A stretch of DNA of 64,000 nt from Pseudomonadota bacterium. GTDB lineage: Bacteria > Pseudomonadota > Gammaproteobacteria > Pseudomonadales > Azotimanducaceae. The DNA is taken from the NCBI GenBank assembly GCA_039198065.1, contig JBCCTU010000004.1, positions 257,795-321,794 on the forward strand, given 5' to 3'. The notes beneath the pieces are model-generated. The model had not been told where the DNA came from. It was given only the letters and a program-made list of their open reading frames with translations, and did not search any database. Each line of letters starts with the position of its first letter. The first letter of the stretch is position 1. The position numbers were made by a program, and so were the translations under genes. Of this stretch, positions 1 through 9,991 are shown one piece after another.

Positions 1-2187
1 GCTGGCGGCGATGAGCTCGCGCGGCTGCTCGGCGCGGCGAAGTCGACCCGGGAACCCTTTGAAGTGGGGGACGCCCTGCTCGCGATCCAGATACTCCTCG
101 CTGTCGCTCGATAGCATCGCGTCGCTGGCAATGAACGCTCCACCGAGACAGTTGCGGTTGGTGAGTTCCGGAAACCACCAGCCGTGCGGCACGCGGACGT
201 GGCCTGCTTTCATAGACGGCTGCACGGCCAAGCGCGCGGTTACGGCACCGGTGCTCGTCTCCAGACTCAGCCAGTCGCCGTCGGCAAATCCCTCGCGACG
301 TGCGTCCTAGGGGTGCAGGTACAGGAGCGGTTCCGGACAGCGCTCGCGGAGCGATTCAATGTTGCGCTGTCCGGTCTGAAAGAACGGGTCTTCGCGGACC
401 CCGGTAAACACAAGGTACGGGTAGGTCTCATCGGTGGCGGGAGCCTCCCGGTAGTACGGCAGGGGATCGAAGCCGAGTTCGTCGAGCACACTCGACTTCA
501 GCTCCACTTTGCCTGACGGCGTTGCAAAGCCCGTGCGTCGGTATTTGCGGTAGCGCGGCACGGGCATTTCCATGAATCGCTCGTTGGCAAAGTCGGCGAA
601 GCGGCGGTTCGATCGGGAGAGGCGGTAGTCGAGGAGCTCCTCAAGCGTGTCCCAGGGAAAGTGCTCACCGAAACCGAAGCGATGCGCGAGATCGTGCCAA
701 AACTGATAGGTGCTCGTGGCCGCGGCAGGCGCCGCTACGGCTTTCTGCGACAACGCCAGACGCGTTGTCCAGCTCCAACTGTCGGCGATGTGGTTGCGCT
801 CCGTGAAGCTATCGCCGGGCAACACATAGTCAGCGAGCATCGCCGTTGGTGTCATGAACAGCTCATGCGCGACGATTAACTCTTGATTCAATAAGCCTTT
901 GTGAATCTGGTGCTGGTTGGCATAACTCAGCAGGGTGTTGTTTCCCAGGGTAAAAAACGCCTTGATGGGGTAGGGATCCTGGGTCGCCATGGCTCGGAAC
1001 ACGTCCGTCGGGTTCGCCATGTGGCAGCCCATGACCAGGTCGGCGTAGGGATAACCCCAGACACGCTCGGTGGCCTCTTTGAGGCGCTCCGCCACCCGGT
1101 AGGTAAACACCGGATGGTTTTTATACCCTAGCTGCTTTGCCTTCTGCTGCGGTGCAAGCACCTCGTGGTGTGCCAGTTCGGACTCTGGGATGTAGTTCGG
1201 ATTGAAACCGCCCAGGGTCTCGCCGCCGACAACGTCGAGATTGCCGGTCACGGCGCGCAGAATCGAATGCAACCGGATGGCGGAGGTGGATGAGACCTGC
1301 TGATCGGTGATCGGTGTCCAGGGGATGATGGCGCCGTCGGCGGTGGCGTAAGTCCGGGCGGCTGCGGCGATCAGGTTGCGATCAACGCCAGTGATGGCCT
1401 CAACGCGTTCGAGCGGGTACTCGTTGACGCGGGCCTTAAGCTCTTCAAACCCCGTGCACCAGTCGCGTACGAACGCCGCGTCGTAGAGTCCTTCATTGAA
1501 AAAAACGCTCAGCCAGCCAAGGCACATGGCAGCGTCGGTGCCCGCTCGTAGGCGCAGATGAAGGTCGGCTGTTTCGGCCTGATCGGAAACCCGCGGATCC
1601 AGGACGATCACTTTTGCACCGCGGGCGCGTGCGGCGTTGATCTGGTTGTAGATCGGTGTCCAGGAGTGCTTTCGCGGGTTGTGGCCGAACAACACGATGC
1701 ACTGTGTGTTGCCGAAGTCCCCCATCGGGAACCAGCCGTAGGTCAACCGGTTGACGGCGGCCGTGTTGCCGGCGCACAGCGCGACGCCGCTGATCCAATT
1801 GGGCGAGCCGAGGTGATTCATGAACCGACGGTCCATGGCGTGGGTAGATTGCGTGTTCCAACCGGAGGTGGAGACAGCGAACGCCTCCGGCCCGTAGCGA
1901 TCCACGACACGCGTCAGGCGCTCGGTGATTTCGTCCATGGCCTCGGCGTAGTCTATTTCTGCCCACTGGTTGGCGCCGCGCTCCCCGACGCGTTTCAGCG
2001 GTTTTCGCAGCCGGTCCGGGTGGTTGTGGATTTCCGGTGCTGCGACGCCCTTGTATCAGATGTTGCGGGCAAGCATGGGATTGTCGTGAGCCAGGACCCG
2101 AGTGACGCGCCCATCGCTAGCTACCGTTCGCAGTTGGCAGCCGAAATCGCAAATCGTGCAAACGGAATAGGTCGTACGCTCACTCAT
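1..2187 (-). pseudogene. Molybdopterin oxidoreductase catalytic subunit (MopB / DMSO-reductase superfamily, formate-dehydrogenase-like). The frame is interrupted by in-frame TGA (2056-2058) and TAG (307-309). The C-terminus runs off the window start.
   Basis: Track ORF 307-1938(-) is the central Mo-bisPGD domain. The same frame upstream (checked codon by codon against + ORF 1558-2403) reads MSERTTYSVCTICDFGCQLRTVASDGRVTRVLAHDNPMLARNI-[TGA]-YKGVAAPEIHNHPDRLRKPLKRVGERGANQWAEIDYAEA-MDEITERL. That is CX2CX3CX26 followed by a stop where the 4th Fe-S Cys belongs, with the ATG at 2185-2187. Below the TAG the same frame reads DARREGFADGDWLSLETSTGAVTARLAVQPSMKAGHVRVPHGWWFPE..., the C-terminal molybdopterin-binding barrel. 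No frameshift is needed. Confidence 0.7.
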
Positions 2188-2299
2188 GGCGGCCCCTCAT
2201 CGCCGGAGTTGCGGAGAGTGTCGTACGGCCCTAGTATTTTATCAACGTTAAAATTTCGGTTGTCGGCATGGTCTCGCGACCGAGGGCTAAGGAGCGAGA

Positions 2300-2497
2300 G
2301 TGAAAGTTCTGGTCAAACTGTTCTTCAGTCCGCTGCTGTTTGCGGTCCTCTTCCTGTTTCCGCTTTTCACAGAACTCGCGCAGCTCTCAACGGACGCTGT
2401 TAGTGGCATACCGGTCTGGCAGCCGGCCCTCGCGTTGGCCGTTGGATTGGGGTTGCTGGCCCAGTTTCGGGGTAGCTGGATCGGTGTCAAAGGCTAG
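2300..2497 (+). CDS. Small hydrophobic protein of unknown function upstream of the desaturase gene
   Basis: 65-aa ORF with a GTG start 5 nt after AAGGAG (2289-2294). It has two hydrophobic stretches (LFFSPLLFAVLFLFPLF and ALALAVGLGLLAQF) and ends 20 nt before the next gene. Confidence 0.4.
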   Translation: MKVLVKLFFSPLLFAVLFLFPLFTELAQLSTDAVSGIPVWQPALALAVGLGLLAQFRGSWIGVKG

Positions 2498-2517
2498 CGA
2501 CGATAGGGGGCAAGGCG

Positions 2518-3390
2518 ATGATCAGTGCAGCAGACCTAAGCCGATTGAGCGATGCCGAACTCGACGCCCTCGAGCGACAGATCGCGGCCAAGTACATGAA
2601 GATCGTCCCCTGGGGTGCGGTCGCCTGGGGCTTAACCAATCTGATGGTGTGGCTTTCGCTGTGGCCGCTGGTTCTCTTTGACGCTCTGCCGATTTGGGCG
2701 GCCTTTCTCATCGCCACCCTGTGCGTGATCTTATCGTATCTGCCGTCACACGAAGCGCAGCACAACATCATTGGCAACCGGGGCAGCAAGCTCCGCTGGC
2801 TTAACGAACTCGTGGGTCATCTGTCCACGATCCCGCTGGTGTACCCCTATCGGGTGCTGAAGGCCACGCACATGGAACACCATGCGCACACTAACGATCC
2901 TGAGCTCGACCCCGACTACGGTGTCCACGCAGACAGCCGACTGGCGTTCCTTGTACGAAGCATCCTCAATCGTCAGCCGGAGTCGGGCCGATCCGGCGCC
3001 TATCCGGCGGCCTTAGCCCGGGTCGGTAAAGAAGCGCTGTTCATCGATGCGCTGGTGTTTCAGGCGATCTATCTCGTCGTGCTGTTCGCCATGGCGCTGA
3101 CCGAACATGCGATCGAAGCGGCGCTGCTGTGGTGGTTACCGCGCCACATCGCCTTGACCTACATCGAGTACTACCTGTCCTGGGCGCCGCACCATCCGGG
3201 GCACGACCAGGGGCGCTATCGGGACACGCGGGGCTTTCGCAGTCGGCTGGGGAACCTGTTCTCCCTCGGGATGCAGTTCCACATCGTGCATCACCTCTAT
3301 CCGCGCATTCCTCTCATGAAAACGCCGGCGGCGTATTGGGAGTTAAAGCCGATACTCGAGCGCCGTGGCTGCGACCTCGGCGGACTGTAG
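2518..3390 (+). CDS. Membrane fatty-acid desaturase family protein (di-iron, three His boxes)
   Basis: 290 aa with His boxes HEAQH, HMEHHAH and HIVHHLYP, plus N-terminal hydrophobic helices. Confidence 0.85.
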   Translation: MISAADLSRLSDAELDALERQIAAKYMKIVPWGAVAWGLTNLMVWLSLWPLVLFDALPIWAAFLIATLCVILSYLPSHEAQHNIIGNRGSKLRWLNELVGHLSTIPLVYPYRVLKATHMEHHAHTNDPELDPDYGVHADSRLAFLVRSILNRQPESGRSGAYPAALARVGKEALFIDALVFQAIYLVVLFAMALTEHAIEAALLWWLPRHIALTYIEYYLSWAPHHPGHDQGRYRDTRGFRSRLGNLFSLGMQFHIVHHLYPRIPLMKTPAAYWELKPILERRGCDLGGL

Positions 3391-3420
3391 CCGGCCGCCG
3401 GGCATCGACGGTTGGGGCGT

Positions 3421-6192
3421 TTACTCCAGTTCGTCGAGCTGCGCGAGCTGTGCGACGACGGAGGCAATGTCCCGCTCGATAGCCGCTGCCTTACCACGCT
3501 CCTTCTCGACCACCTCGGCCGGGGCCTTAGCAACAAAGCCCTGGTTGTTCAGCTTGCCCTGAATGCGCCCCAGATCTTTCTCAAGCTTCTGCTGTTCTTT
3601 CGAGAGCCGCGCTCGCTCGGCGGCAACATCGATGAGTCCTTTCAGGGGAATGCGGATCTTCATATCGCCCACGAGGCCAAGGGCGCTCGGGGGAGGTTCC
3701 TCGCCTGGGGGCAGCCAGTCGATAGAACCAACTTTCGCCAGCCGTCGCAGAATGACGTTGGTCATGGTCGCGTTGGAACGGTCCTGATCGTCGCCTTCGA
3801 GCAGCAGTGAGATTTCTTGCCCGGGGTTGATGTTGGCTTCGCCGCGGATCGTGCGAATGGATTCCACGGTCGCTTTGAGCCAGGTCACGGCAGCGCGAGC
3901 CTCGGCGTCGTGCGGGAATTCATCGCTGCGTGGAAAGGCGCTCTGCATGATGGTCTCGCCGCCGGCATCAATGCGTGGCGCGACCTCCTGCCACAGCCCT
4001 TCGGTGATGAACGGAATGATCGGATGCGCCAGGCGCAGCAGGGCGTCGAGCACCGTCAACAGGGTGTGGCGTGTGCCGCGCTGTTCCTCCGCCGTGGATG
4101 ACTCATCCCATAGCAGGGGTTTGACGATCTCGAGATACCAATCGCAGTACTCGTGCCAGGCAAAGTCATACACGGCGGCGGCGTAGAGATCGAAGCGGTA
4201 GGTGTCGATAGCGCGGCTGGCTTTCTCGATGGCTTCGCCAAGCTCCGCCATGATCCAGCGATCGGCCAGGGACAGGGTCTTCGCTCCGGTGAGATCCTGT
4301 CCCTCGACGTTGCTGAGGGCGAAGCGCGTCGCGTTCCAGAGCTTGTTGCAGAAGTTGCGATACCCGGCCACCCGGGCGGTATCGAAGCGCACGTCGCGAC
4401 CCGGGGAGGCGAGGGCGGTGAAGGTGAAGCGGAGCGCATCAGTTCCGTAGGCCGGTATGCCTTCGGGGAAGTCTTTGCGCGTGGTCTTCTCGATGCGCGG
4501 TCCCATCTTCGGCTGGGTCAGGTTTGCGGTTCGCTTCTCCACCAGCGCGTCCAGCTCGATGCCGTCCATGAAGTCGATGGGGTCGAGCCCGTTGCCTCGG
4601 GTCTTCGACATCTTGTTGCCGTCGGCATCGCGTACCAGCCCGTGGATATAGACGGTATGGAACGGCACTTCGCCGACGAACTTCAGGGTCAGCATCATCA
4701 TGCGGGCGACCCAGAAGGGAATGATGTCGTGCCCGGTGACGAGCACGTTCGTAGGGTGGTAGCTCTCAAGGTCGGTCGTGTTGTCGGGCCAGCCCAGGGT
4801 CGCGAAGGACCAGAGCGCGGATGAAAACCAGGTCTCGAGTACGTCGTCTTCCTGTCGGAGCGGCACGGTGACATCGAGGCCCGCCGTAGCGCGTACCTCC
4901 GCCTCGCTGCGGCCGACGTAGAAGTTACCGTCGGGGTCGAACCAGGCGGGGATCCGGTGCCCCCACCACTGCTGGCGCGAGATACACCAGTCCTTGAGCT
5001 CGCGCATCCAGGCGAAATAGGTGTTTTCGAACTTCTTCGGTACGAACTGGGTGCGCCCAGCTTCGACGGCTTCAATGGCTGGCTTTGCCAGGGTCTCGAC
5101 GGCGACGAACCACTGGTCCGTAAGCCAGGGCTCGATAACCGCACCGGACCGATCGCCGCGCGGGACCATCAGCTTGTGATCGTCAATCTTGTCCAGCAGA
5201 CCCTCGGCTTCGAGATCGGCAACGATTTGCTTGCGGGCGTCGAAGCGGTCCATGCCCCGATAGCGCTCCGGGGCTTCATCGTTCAGTGAAGCATCGGCAT
5301 TGAAGACGTTGATGAGCGGCAAGTCGTGACGCTCGCCGACTTCGTTGTCGTTGAAGTCGTGGGCCGGGGTGATCTTGACGCACCCGGTCCCGAACTCGGG
5401 GTCGACGTAGTCGTCGGCAATGATCGGCAGCAGTCGGTCTGTAAGCGGCAGACGCACCTGCTTGCCAACGAGCGCGCGATAGCGTTCGTCGTCCGGGTGG
5501 ACGGCAACGGCGCTGTCTCCGAGCAGCGTTTCCGGTCGCGTCGTGGCAACGACTAGGTAGTCCATTCCTTCGGCGGTGGTCGCATCGACGAGCGGGTAGC
5601 GGAAGTGCCACAGGAACCCGTTTTCTTCGCTGTTCTCAACCTCAAGATCCGAGATCGCCGTGCCAAGCTGTGGGTCCCAGTTGACGAGACGCTTGCCGCG
5701 GTAGATTAGGCCGTCCTCGTAGAGTCGGACGAACACTTCGCGGACAGCGGCCGCATAGTCGTCGTCCATGGTGAAGCGTTCCCGGCTCCAGTCGAGCGAC
5801 GACCCCATGCGCCGCAGCTGGCGCGAGATGTTGCCCCCGGACTCGGCTTTCCAGCGCCAGACTTCGTCGAGGAACTTTTCTCGCCCGAGTTCGTGCCGGT
5901 CGACGCCCTCGGCTTTGAGCTTACGCTCAACCAGCATTTGGGTGGCGATTCCCGCGTGGTCGGTACCCATCTGCCACAGCGTGCGGGCACCACGCATGCG
6001 TTGGACGCGAATGAGCGTGTCCATCAGCGTGTGCTGGAATGCGTGGCCCATGTGCAGGCTGCCGGTGACGTTCGGCGGTGGAATGACGATGCAGTAGGTT
6101 TCGTCGTTGCCCTCGGGTTTGAAATAGCCGGCCGCTTCCCAGCGGGCGTAGAGATCCGCCTCAATGGCGTGGGGGTCAAAGTTCGCTTCCAT
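3421..6192 (-). CDS. valS: Valine--tRNA ligase
   Basis: 923 aa with a class I HIGH-type motif ([12 protein letters not shown]), a KMSKT loop and a C-terminal coiled coil. pepA-holC-valS synteny supports the call. Confidence 0.97.
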   Translation of the reverse strand: MEANFDPHAIEADLYARWEAAGYFKPEGNDETYCIVIPPPNVTGSLHMGHAFQHTLMDTLIRVQRMRGARTLWQMGTDHAGIATQMLVERKLKAEGVDRHELGREKFLDEVWRWKAESGGNISRQLRRMGSSLDWSRERFTMDDDYAAAVREVFVRLYEDGLIYRGKRLVNWDPQLGTAISDLEVENSEENGFLWHFRYPLVDATTAEGMDYLVVATTRPETLLGDSAVAVHPDDERYRALVGKQVRLPLTDRLLPIIADDYVDPEFGTGCVKITPAHDFNDNEVGERHDLPLINVFNADASLNDEAPERYRGMDRFDARKQIVADLEAEGLLDKIDDHKLMVPRGDRSGAVIEPWLTDQWFVAVETLAKPAIEAVEAGRTQFVPKKFENTYFAWMRELKDWCISRQQWWGHRIPAWFDPDGNFYVGRSEAEVRATAGLDVTVPLRQEDDVLETWFSSALWSFATLGWPDNTTDLESYHPTNVLVTGHDIIPFWVARMMMLTLKFVGEVPFHTVYIHGLVRDADGNKMSKTRGNGLDPIDFMDGIELDALVEKRTANLTQPKMGPRIEKTTRKDFPEGIPAYGTDALRFTFTALASPGRDVRFDTARVAGYRNFCNKLWNATRFALSNVEGQDLTGAKTLSLADRWIMAELGEAIEKASRAIDTYRFDLYAAAVYDFAWHEYCDWYLEIVKPLLWDESSTAEEQRGTRHTLLTVLDALLRLAHPIIPFITEGLWQEVAPRIDAGGETIMQSAFPRSDEFPHDAEARAAVTWLKATVESIRTIRGEANINPGQEISLLLEGDDQDRSNATMTNVILRRLAKVGSIDWLPPGEEPPPSALGLVGDMKIRIPLKGLIDVAAERARLSKEQQKLEKDLGRIQGKLNNQGFVAKAPAEVVEKERGKAAAIERDIASVVAQLAQLDELE

Positions 6193-6210
6193 GGGCTTGC
6201 GTTCGGTGTG

Positions 6211-6735
6211 TCAGTTCGAGTCGTCGCGCGCGCGTGGATCGCGGGCCGTGCTGATGGCATCGAGTAGGTTGACGGGCTCGATCGACGACAGCGGCTCTTT
6301 GACGCGCAGCTGGATCTCGTCGGCCATGGCCTTGAGTACCCGAGCGCGCAGTTCACCAATGCGTTCGTTCAACAGGGTCTCGAGCCACTCGTGAATCGTT
6401 TCGTCAATGCGGGTTCGCAGCGCTTCGTTCAGGGCATCGGTGTCGTCCGGTGTCCAACCCGTTGCGGCGGCGTCGATGCTGAGCCGCGCTTCCTTCAGAA
6501 CTTCGTCGGCGTCGGCCTTCCAGTCGTCGCCCAGTAGTCGTTCGAAGACATCACCGCCGAGACCGGTTGCGGCTGGGCTGTCCTCGACGACGGCATCGTC
6601 GAGCAACGGCACGCCGTCGGCATCGACGGCCGGAGGCGCATCCTTGGGTTCGCTGTCGTCATCGAGCAGCGAGCGTATGCGCTGGAGGTCTCCGAGCAGT
6701 TTTTTTGAGTCGTCCTGATCGCCGCTGGCCGCCAC
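6211..6735 (-). CDS. Acidic hypothetical protein between holC and valS
   Basis: Track ORF 6211-6858(-) overlaps holC. An in-frame GTG at 6735 lies 9 nt after GGGAGG and directly abuts the holC stop. The product is Asp/Glu-rich (…LLDDDSEPKDAPPAVDADGVPLLDDAVVED…). As I recall, a hypothetical gene occupies the same position in Pseudomonas. Confidence 0.45.
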   Translation of the reverse strand: MAASGDQDDSKKLLGDLQRIRSLLDDDSEPKDAPPAVDADGVPLLDDAVVEDSPAATGLGGDVFERLLGDDWKADADEVLKEARLSIDAAATGWTPDDTDALNEALRTRIDETIHEWLETLLNERIGELRARVLKAMADEIQLRVKEPLSSIEPVNLLDAISTARDPRARDDSN

Positions 6736-6736
6736 T

Positions 6737-7174
6737 TCAGGCCTCCCAGTCTTCGATGTCGTGATGATGCAGAGGATAGCCCCGGTCCCGATACAGCTTG
6801 TAGCGATCCCGGCCAGCGGTCTTGTTTTCTTCGACCACAATCTCCGCAACCCGGTCAAAGCGAGCGAAAAAGTCTGGCACGGCCTCGCCGAGGTTGATCA
6901 GCACACCGTCACAGTCCGTCGGCAGCGAAGCCCCTAGGCTGATGGGTGAACGCGGTCTTGCTGCTTGATCCCCCGCCAGCACTTCGTGCGGTACGAAGCG
7001 CTCCGCTGGGTAGTTCCAAAGCAACTCGTCAAAGTGCGTCAGGGCCTTCTCTGACGATAGGTGCACGTGAACGCCTTGGCCGGCGCCTGCGGCGCGTTGT
7101 GCAAGGCGGCAGGCGAAACGATCCCGAGCAACGAGATCGACATCTGCCAGCAGATAGAAGTCCACGCGCGTCAT
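6737..7174 (-). CDS. holC: DNA polymerase III subunit chi
   Basis: 145 aa from the ATG at 7174 (MTRVDFYLLAD…), inside the longer track ORF 6737-7612. Size, N-terminus and position between pepA and valS fit HolC. Confidence 0.85.
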   Translation of the reverse strand: MTRVDFYLLADVDLVARDRFACRLAQRAAGAGQGVHVHLSSEKALTHFDELLWNYPAERFVPHEVLAGDQAARPRSPISLGASLPTDCDGVLINLGEAVPDFFARFDRVAEIVVEENKTAGRDRYKLYRDRGYPLHHHDIEDWEA

Positions 7175-7194
7175 GGCAGGGTTCGCTCGCCAAC

Positions 7195-8655
7195 CTAGGC
7201 GCGGTTGCGCAAAAACTCGAACAGCAGGTGTACGGGGCGTCCCGTGGCTCCTTTCGCTGGCCCGCCCTGAAAGGCGCTGCCGGCGACGTCCAGATGCGCC
7301 CAGGTCAGGTCCTCGGTAAAGCGCGACAGAAAACAGGCGGCAGTAACGGAACCGGCTTCGCGGCCACCAACGTTCGCCATATCGGCAAAGTTGCTCTTGA
7401 GACTCGCTTGATACTCGTCCCACAGTGGCATGTGCCAGGCGCGATCCCCCGCGCGCTCGCCCGCCTCGAGGAGTTCCTCGGCAAAGGCGTCGTCGTTGGC
7501 GTAGAGCGCGCTCGCGTGCGAGCCAAGCGCAACGATTGCGGCGCCGGTCAACGTTGCCACGTCGACGACGGCCGTTGGCTTGTAGCGTTTGACATAGCTC
7601 AGCGCATCGCAAAGCACCAGCCGGCCTTCGGCGTCTGTATTGAGAATCTCAACACTCAGACCCGCGTGGGTCGTTACGATGTCCGCCGGACGCGTGGCTC
7701 GGCCGCTGGGCATGTTTTCCGCAGCAGCGACCACGGTGACCAGGTTGATGGGGAGTTTGGCGTTGATAACGGCCCGGGTCGCGCCAAGAACGGCCGCCGC
7801 GCCGCACATGTCGAATTTCATTTCGTCCATGGCCGGCGGGGGCTTCAGACTGATGCCACCGGTGTCGAAGGTGATGCCTTTGCCCACAAGCGCGACCGGT
7901 GGCTTGCTGCGCGGCGCGCCGCGGTACTCGATGATGATCATGCGTCCGGGCGTTTCGCTGCCCTTGGAAACGGCCATAAACGCGCCCATGCCGAGTTCCG
8001 TCATCCGCTTTTCGTCGAGCGCGCTGACCTTAACGTTCGTCTGGCCGCGGGCCATGGCGCGTGCCTGCTGCAGCAGGTAGGTTGGATTGGCAACATTAGG
8101 TGGCTCGTTGCCCAGATCACGGGCGAAGTCGAGCCCCGCTTTCAGTGCGTTGGCGTCGCGGAGTGCCTTGCGCACCAGGCTCTCACTGCGGCCGTCGGCG
8201 AGCACCCCGAGGGTTCGTAGTACCTCGGCCGGGGCTTTGGCTTGTGTTTTGTAATGATCGAAGCGGTAGGCCGCGCGGGAAACGGCAAACAGTCCGGCTG
8301 TGGTTTTGCTGTAGCCGTCTGTGTCGATTACTCGGGCCAGACCTAAGCCCCACACGCCGCTGCGAACCGGCAGCCGAGCGAGTGCTGTGGCGGCTGCGTT
8401 GCAGGCTTTGCGATACGCCGCAAGGGTGACCTCCGCGTCGAGTCCGCCGACCACCAGCACGCGCTGCACGGCCGCGCCCTTAGGAAAGGTCAGCAGCAGG
8501 GTTTGGCCGACGGCGTTGTCAAAATCTGTCGCCGCCGCTTTGAAGTACGGGGTCTGCCGTTCGCTGCCTGCGACCTTTCCGGCGGTGGTCAGATCGGTGA
8601 CCAGCACTGGCGTCTTCTGTTCCTGGGGTGCGCCCGACTTGAGACTGTATTTCAC
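7195..8655 (-). CDS. pepA: Leucyl aminopeptidase (M17)
   Basis: Contains the motifs VGKGITFDTGGISLKP and NTDAEGRLVLCDAL. I placed the start at the GTG at 8655 (VKYSLKSGAPQEQ…, AGGAG 9 nt upstream) rather than the track start at 8769, to match the usual PepA N-terminus. Confidence 0.93.
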   Translation of the reverse strand: MKYSLKSGAPQEQKTPVLVTDLTTAGKVAGSERQTPYFKAAATDFDNAVGQTLLLTFPKGAAVQRVLVVGGLDAEVTLAAYRKACNAAATALARLPVRSGVWGLGLARVIDTDGYSKTTAGLFAVSRAAYRFDHYKTQAKAPAEVLRTLGVLADGRSESLVRKALRDANALKAGLDFARDLGNEPPNVANPTYLLQQARAMARGQTNVKVSALDEKRMTELGMGAFMAVSKGSETPGRMIIIEYRGAPRSKPPVALVGKGITFDTGGISLKPPPAMDEMKFDMCGAAAVLGATRAVINAKLPINLVTVVAAAENMPSGRATRPADIVTTHAGLSVEILNTDAEGRLVLCDALSYVKRYKPTAVVDVATLTGAAIVALGSHASALYANDDAFAEELLEAGERAGDRAWHMPLWDEYQASLKSNFADMANVGGREAGSVTAACFLSRFTEDLTWAHLDVAGSAFQGGPAKGATGRPVHLLFEFLRNRA

Positions 8656-8917
8656 GCGCCGCTTACTCCTGCCTATGATCGTGAGCTGATGGTTATCGAT
8701 CTGTGTCCCGGGCCGCTGGGTCCTCAGCAACCGGGGGTGTTCCGATGGAGATCCAATGGCGTTCCTCAAGCCTCGGATCGCGACCGAAACGGGGCGCTGG
8801 GGTGGTTACCGAACGCCTCGGTGTGATGCGCTAGTCTAATGCACTGTTGCCCAGGGTGCCTCTGGGAATGAGGTGGCTGAGCTGGCAGAGCTGGCCAAGA
8901 GAAGGAGTCCTTGCCCC

Positions 8918-9991
8918 GTGAGCGTCGCGGCCCGATACCTGAATCGCGAGTTGGCGGCAGTGTTTGCCGTCGTGCTCGTCGTACTGCTGGTGATGTCGCT
9001 CGGCGGGCGTTTCATCGGTTACCTACAGGACGCGGCAGCGGGCAAGTTCAACGCCGGTAATCTGGTCGTGCTGATTGGTTTGCGGCTTCCGGAGTTTGCT
9101 CAGCTGCTGCTTCCGATCTCGCTCTTCCTCGCGGTCGTGCTGACGCTTTCGCGCAGCTACGCCGAACAAGAGATGACCGTGCTCTTGAGCGGCGGACTCG
9201 GTGTACAGCGGCTCGTCCTCTGGCTGCTGCCGGGGATCCTGGTGATCGCGGCCCTGGTGGCCTGGTGTGCGCTGGATCTGGCGCCCCGAGGTCAACGGGC
9301 GAGCTATGAATTGCTGCAAGCAGAGCGCGCCGACCGAGACATCGCCAACCTTCGGCCAGGTGTGTTCCACGTGTATTCGAAGGGCGACCGGGTGTCCTAT
9401 GCCGACGGCCTTGACGACGTGTCCCGGGAACTTGAAGGGGTGTTCCTGAGCGAGCGTACAAGCGATCGGGCGGCGATCGTGGTCCGCGCGGAAGAGGGTC
9501 GCCAGTACGTCGACAGCCAAACCGGCAGCCGTTTTCTCCTGCTCACCCGGGGCACGCGCTACGAGGGAGAAATCGGCAAGGGCTCCTATCGCGTCGTTGG
9601 TTTCGAACGCATGGGGCAACGTATCGAAGTGGCGGCGCGCCAGTCGGCAGAGCTGCGAGCGACACAACAACCCACTGCTGCGCTGCTCGCAGATACCGCT
9701 CCGGCGGCGCGAGCAGAGCTTGGTTACCGACTGTCGCTACCGCTATTGACGCTCAATGCGGGTCTGCTCGCCATCGCCTTGGCCCCCGTGCGGCCACGGC
9801 AGGGACGTTTCGCGCGGTTGCCCGTGGCGTTGTTCGTGTTTCTGTCGTACTACCTTTTGCTGGTGTTACAGAAAGATCTGACCGCCTCGGAACGGGTGCC
9901 GGCAACCTTCTCCTACTGGCCGCTGCACGCCGGTTTTTTCGGCCTGGCCCTGTATGGCCTAGCCCGCATCGGGAGGCCCCGGCGTGGCTAA
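8918..9991 (+). CDS. lptF: LPS export ABC transporter permease LptF
   Basis: YjgP/YjgQ-family permease divergent from pepA, as in E. coli. GTG at 8918 follows GAAGGAG (8901-8907). The N-terminus ARYLNRELAAVF… matches the LptF pattern. Confidence 0.88.
   Translation: MSVAARYLNRELAAVFAVVLVVLLVMSLGGRFIGYLQDAAAGKFNAGNLVVLIGLRLPEFAQLLLPISLFLAVVLTLSRSYAEQEMTVLLSGGLGVQRLVLWLLPGILVIAALVAWCALDLAPRGQRASYELLQAERADRDIANLRPGVFHVYSKGDRVSYADGLDDVSRELEGVFLSERTSDRAAIVVRAEEGRQYVDSQTGSRFLLLTRGTRYEGEIGKGSYRVVGFERMGQRIEVAARQSAELRATQQPTAALLADTAPAARAELGYRLSLPLLTLNAGLLAIALAPVRPRQGRFARLPVALFVFLSYYLLLVLQKDLTASERVPATFSYWPLHAGFFGLALYGLARIGRPRRG

Noticed and set aside
6946-8220. 424-aa plus-strand ORF
   Set aside because: Antisense to pepA/holC and has no recognisable domain.
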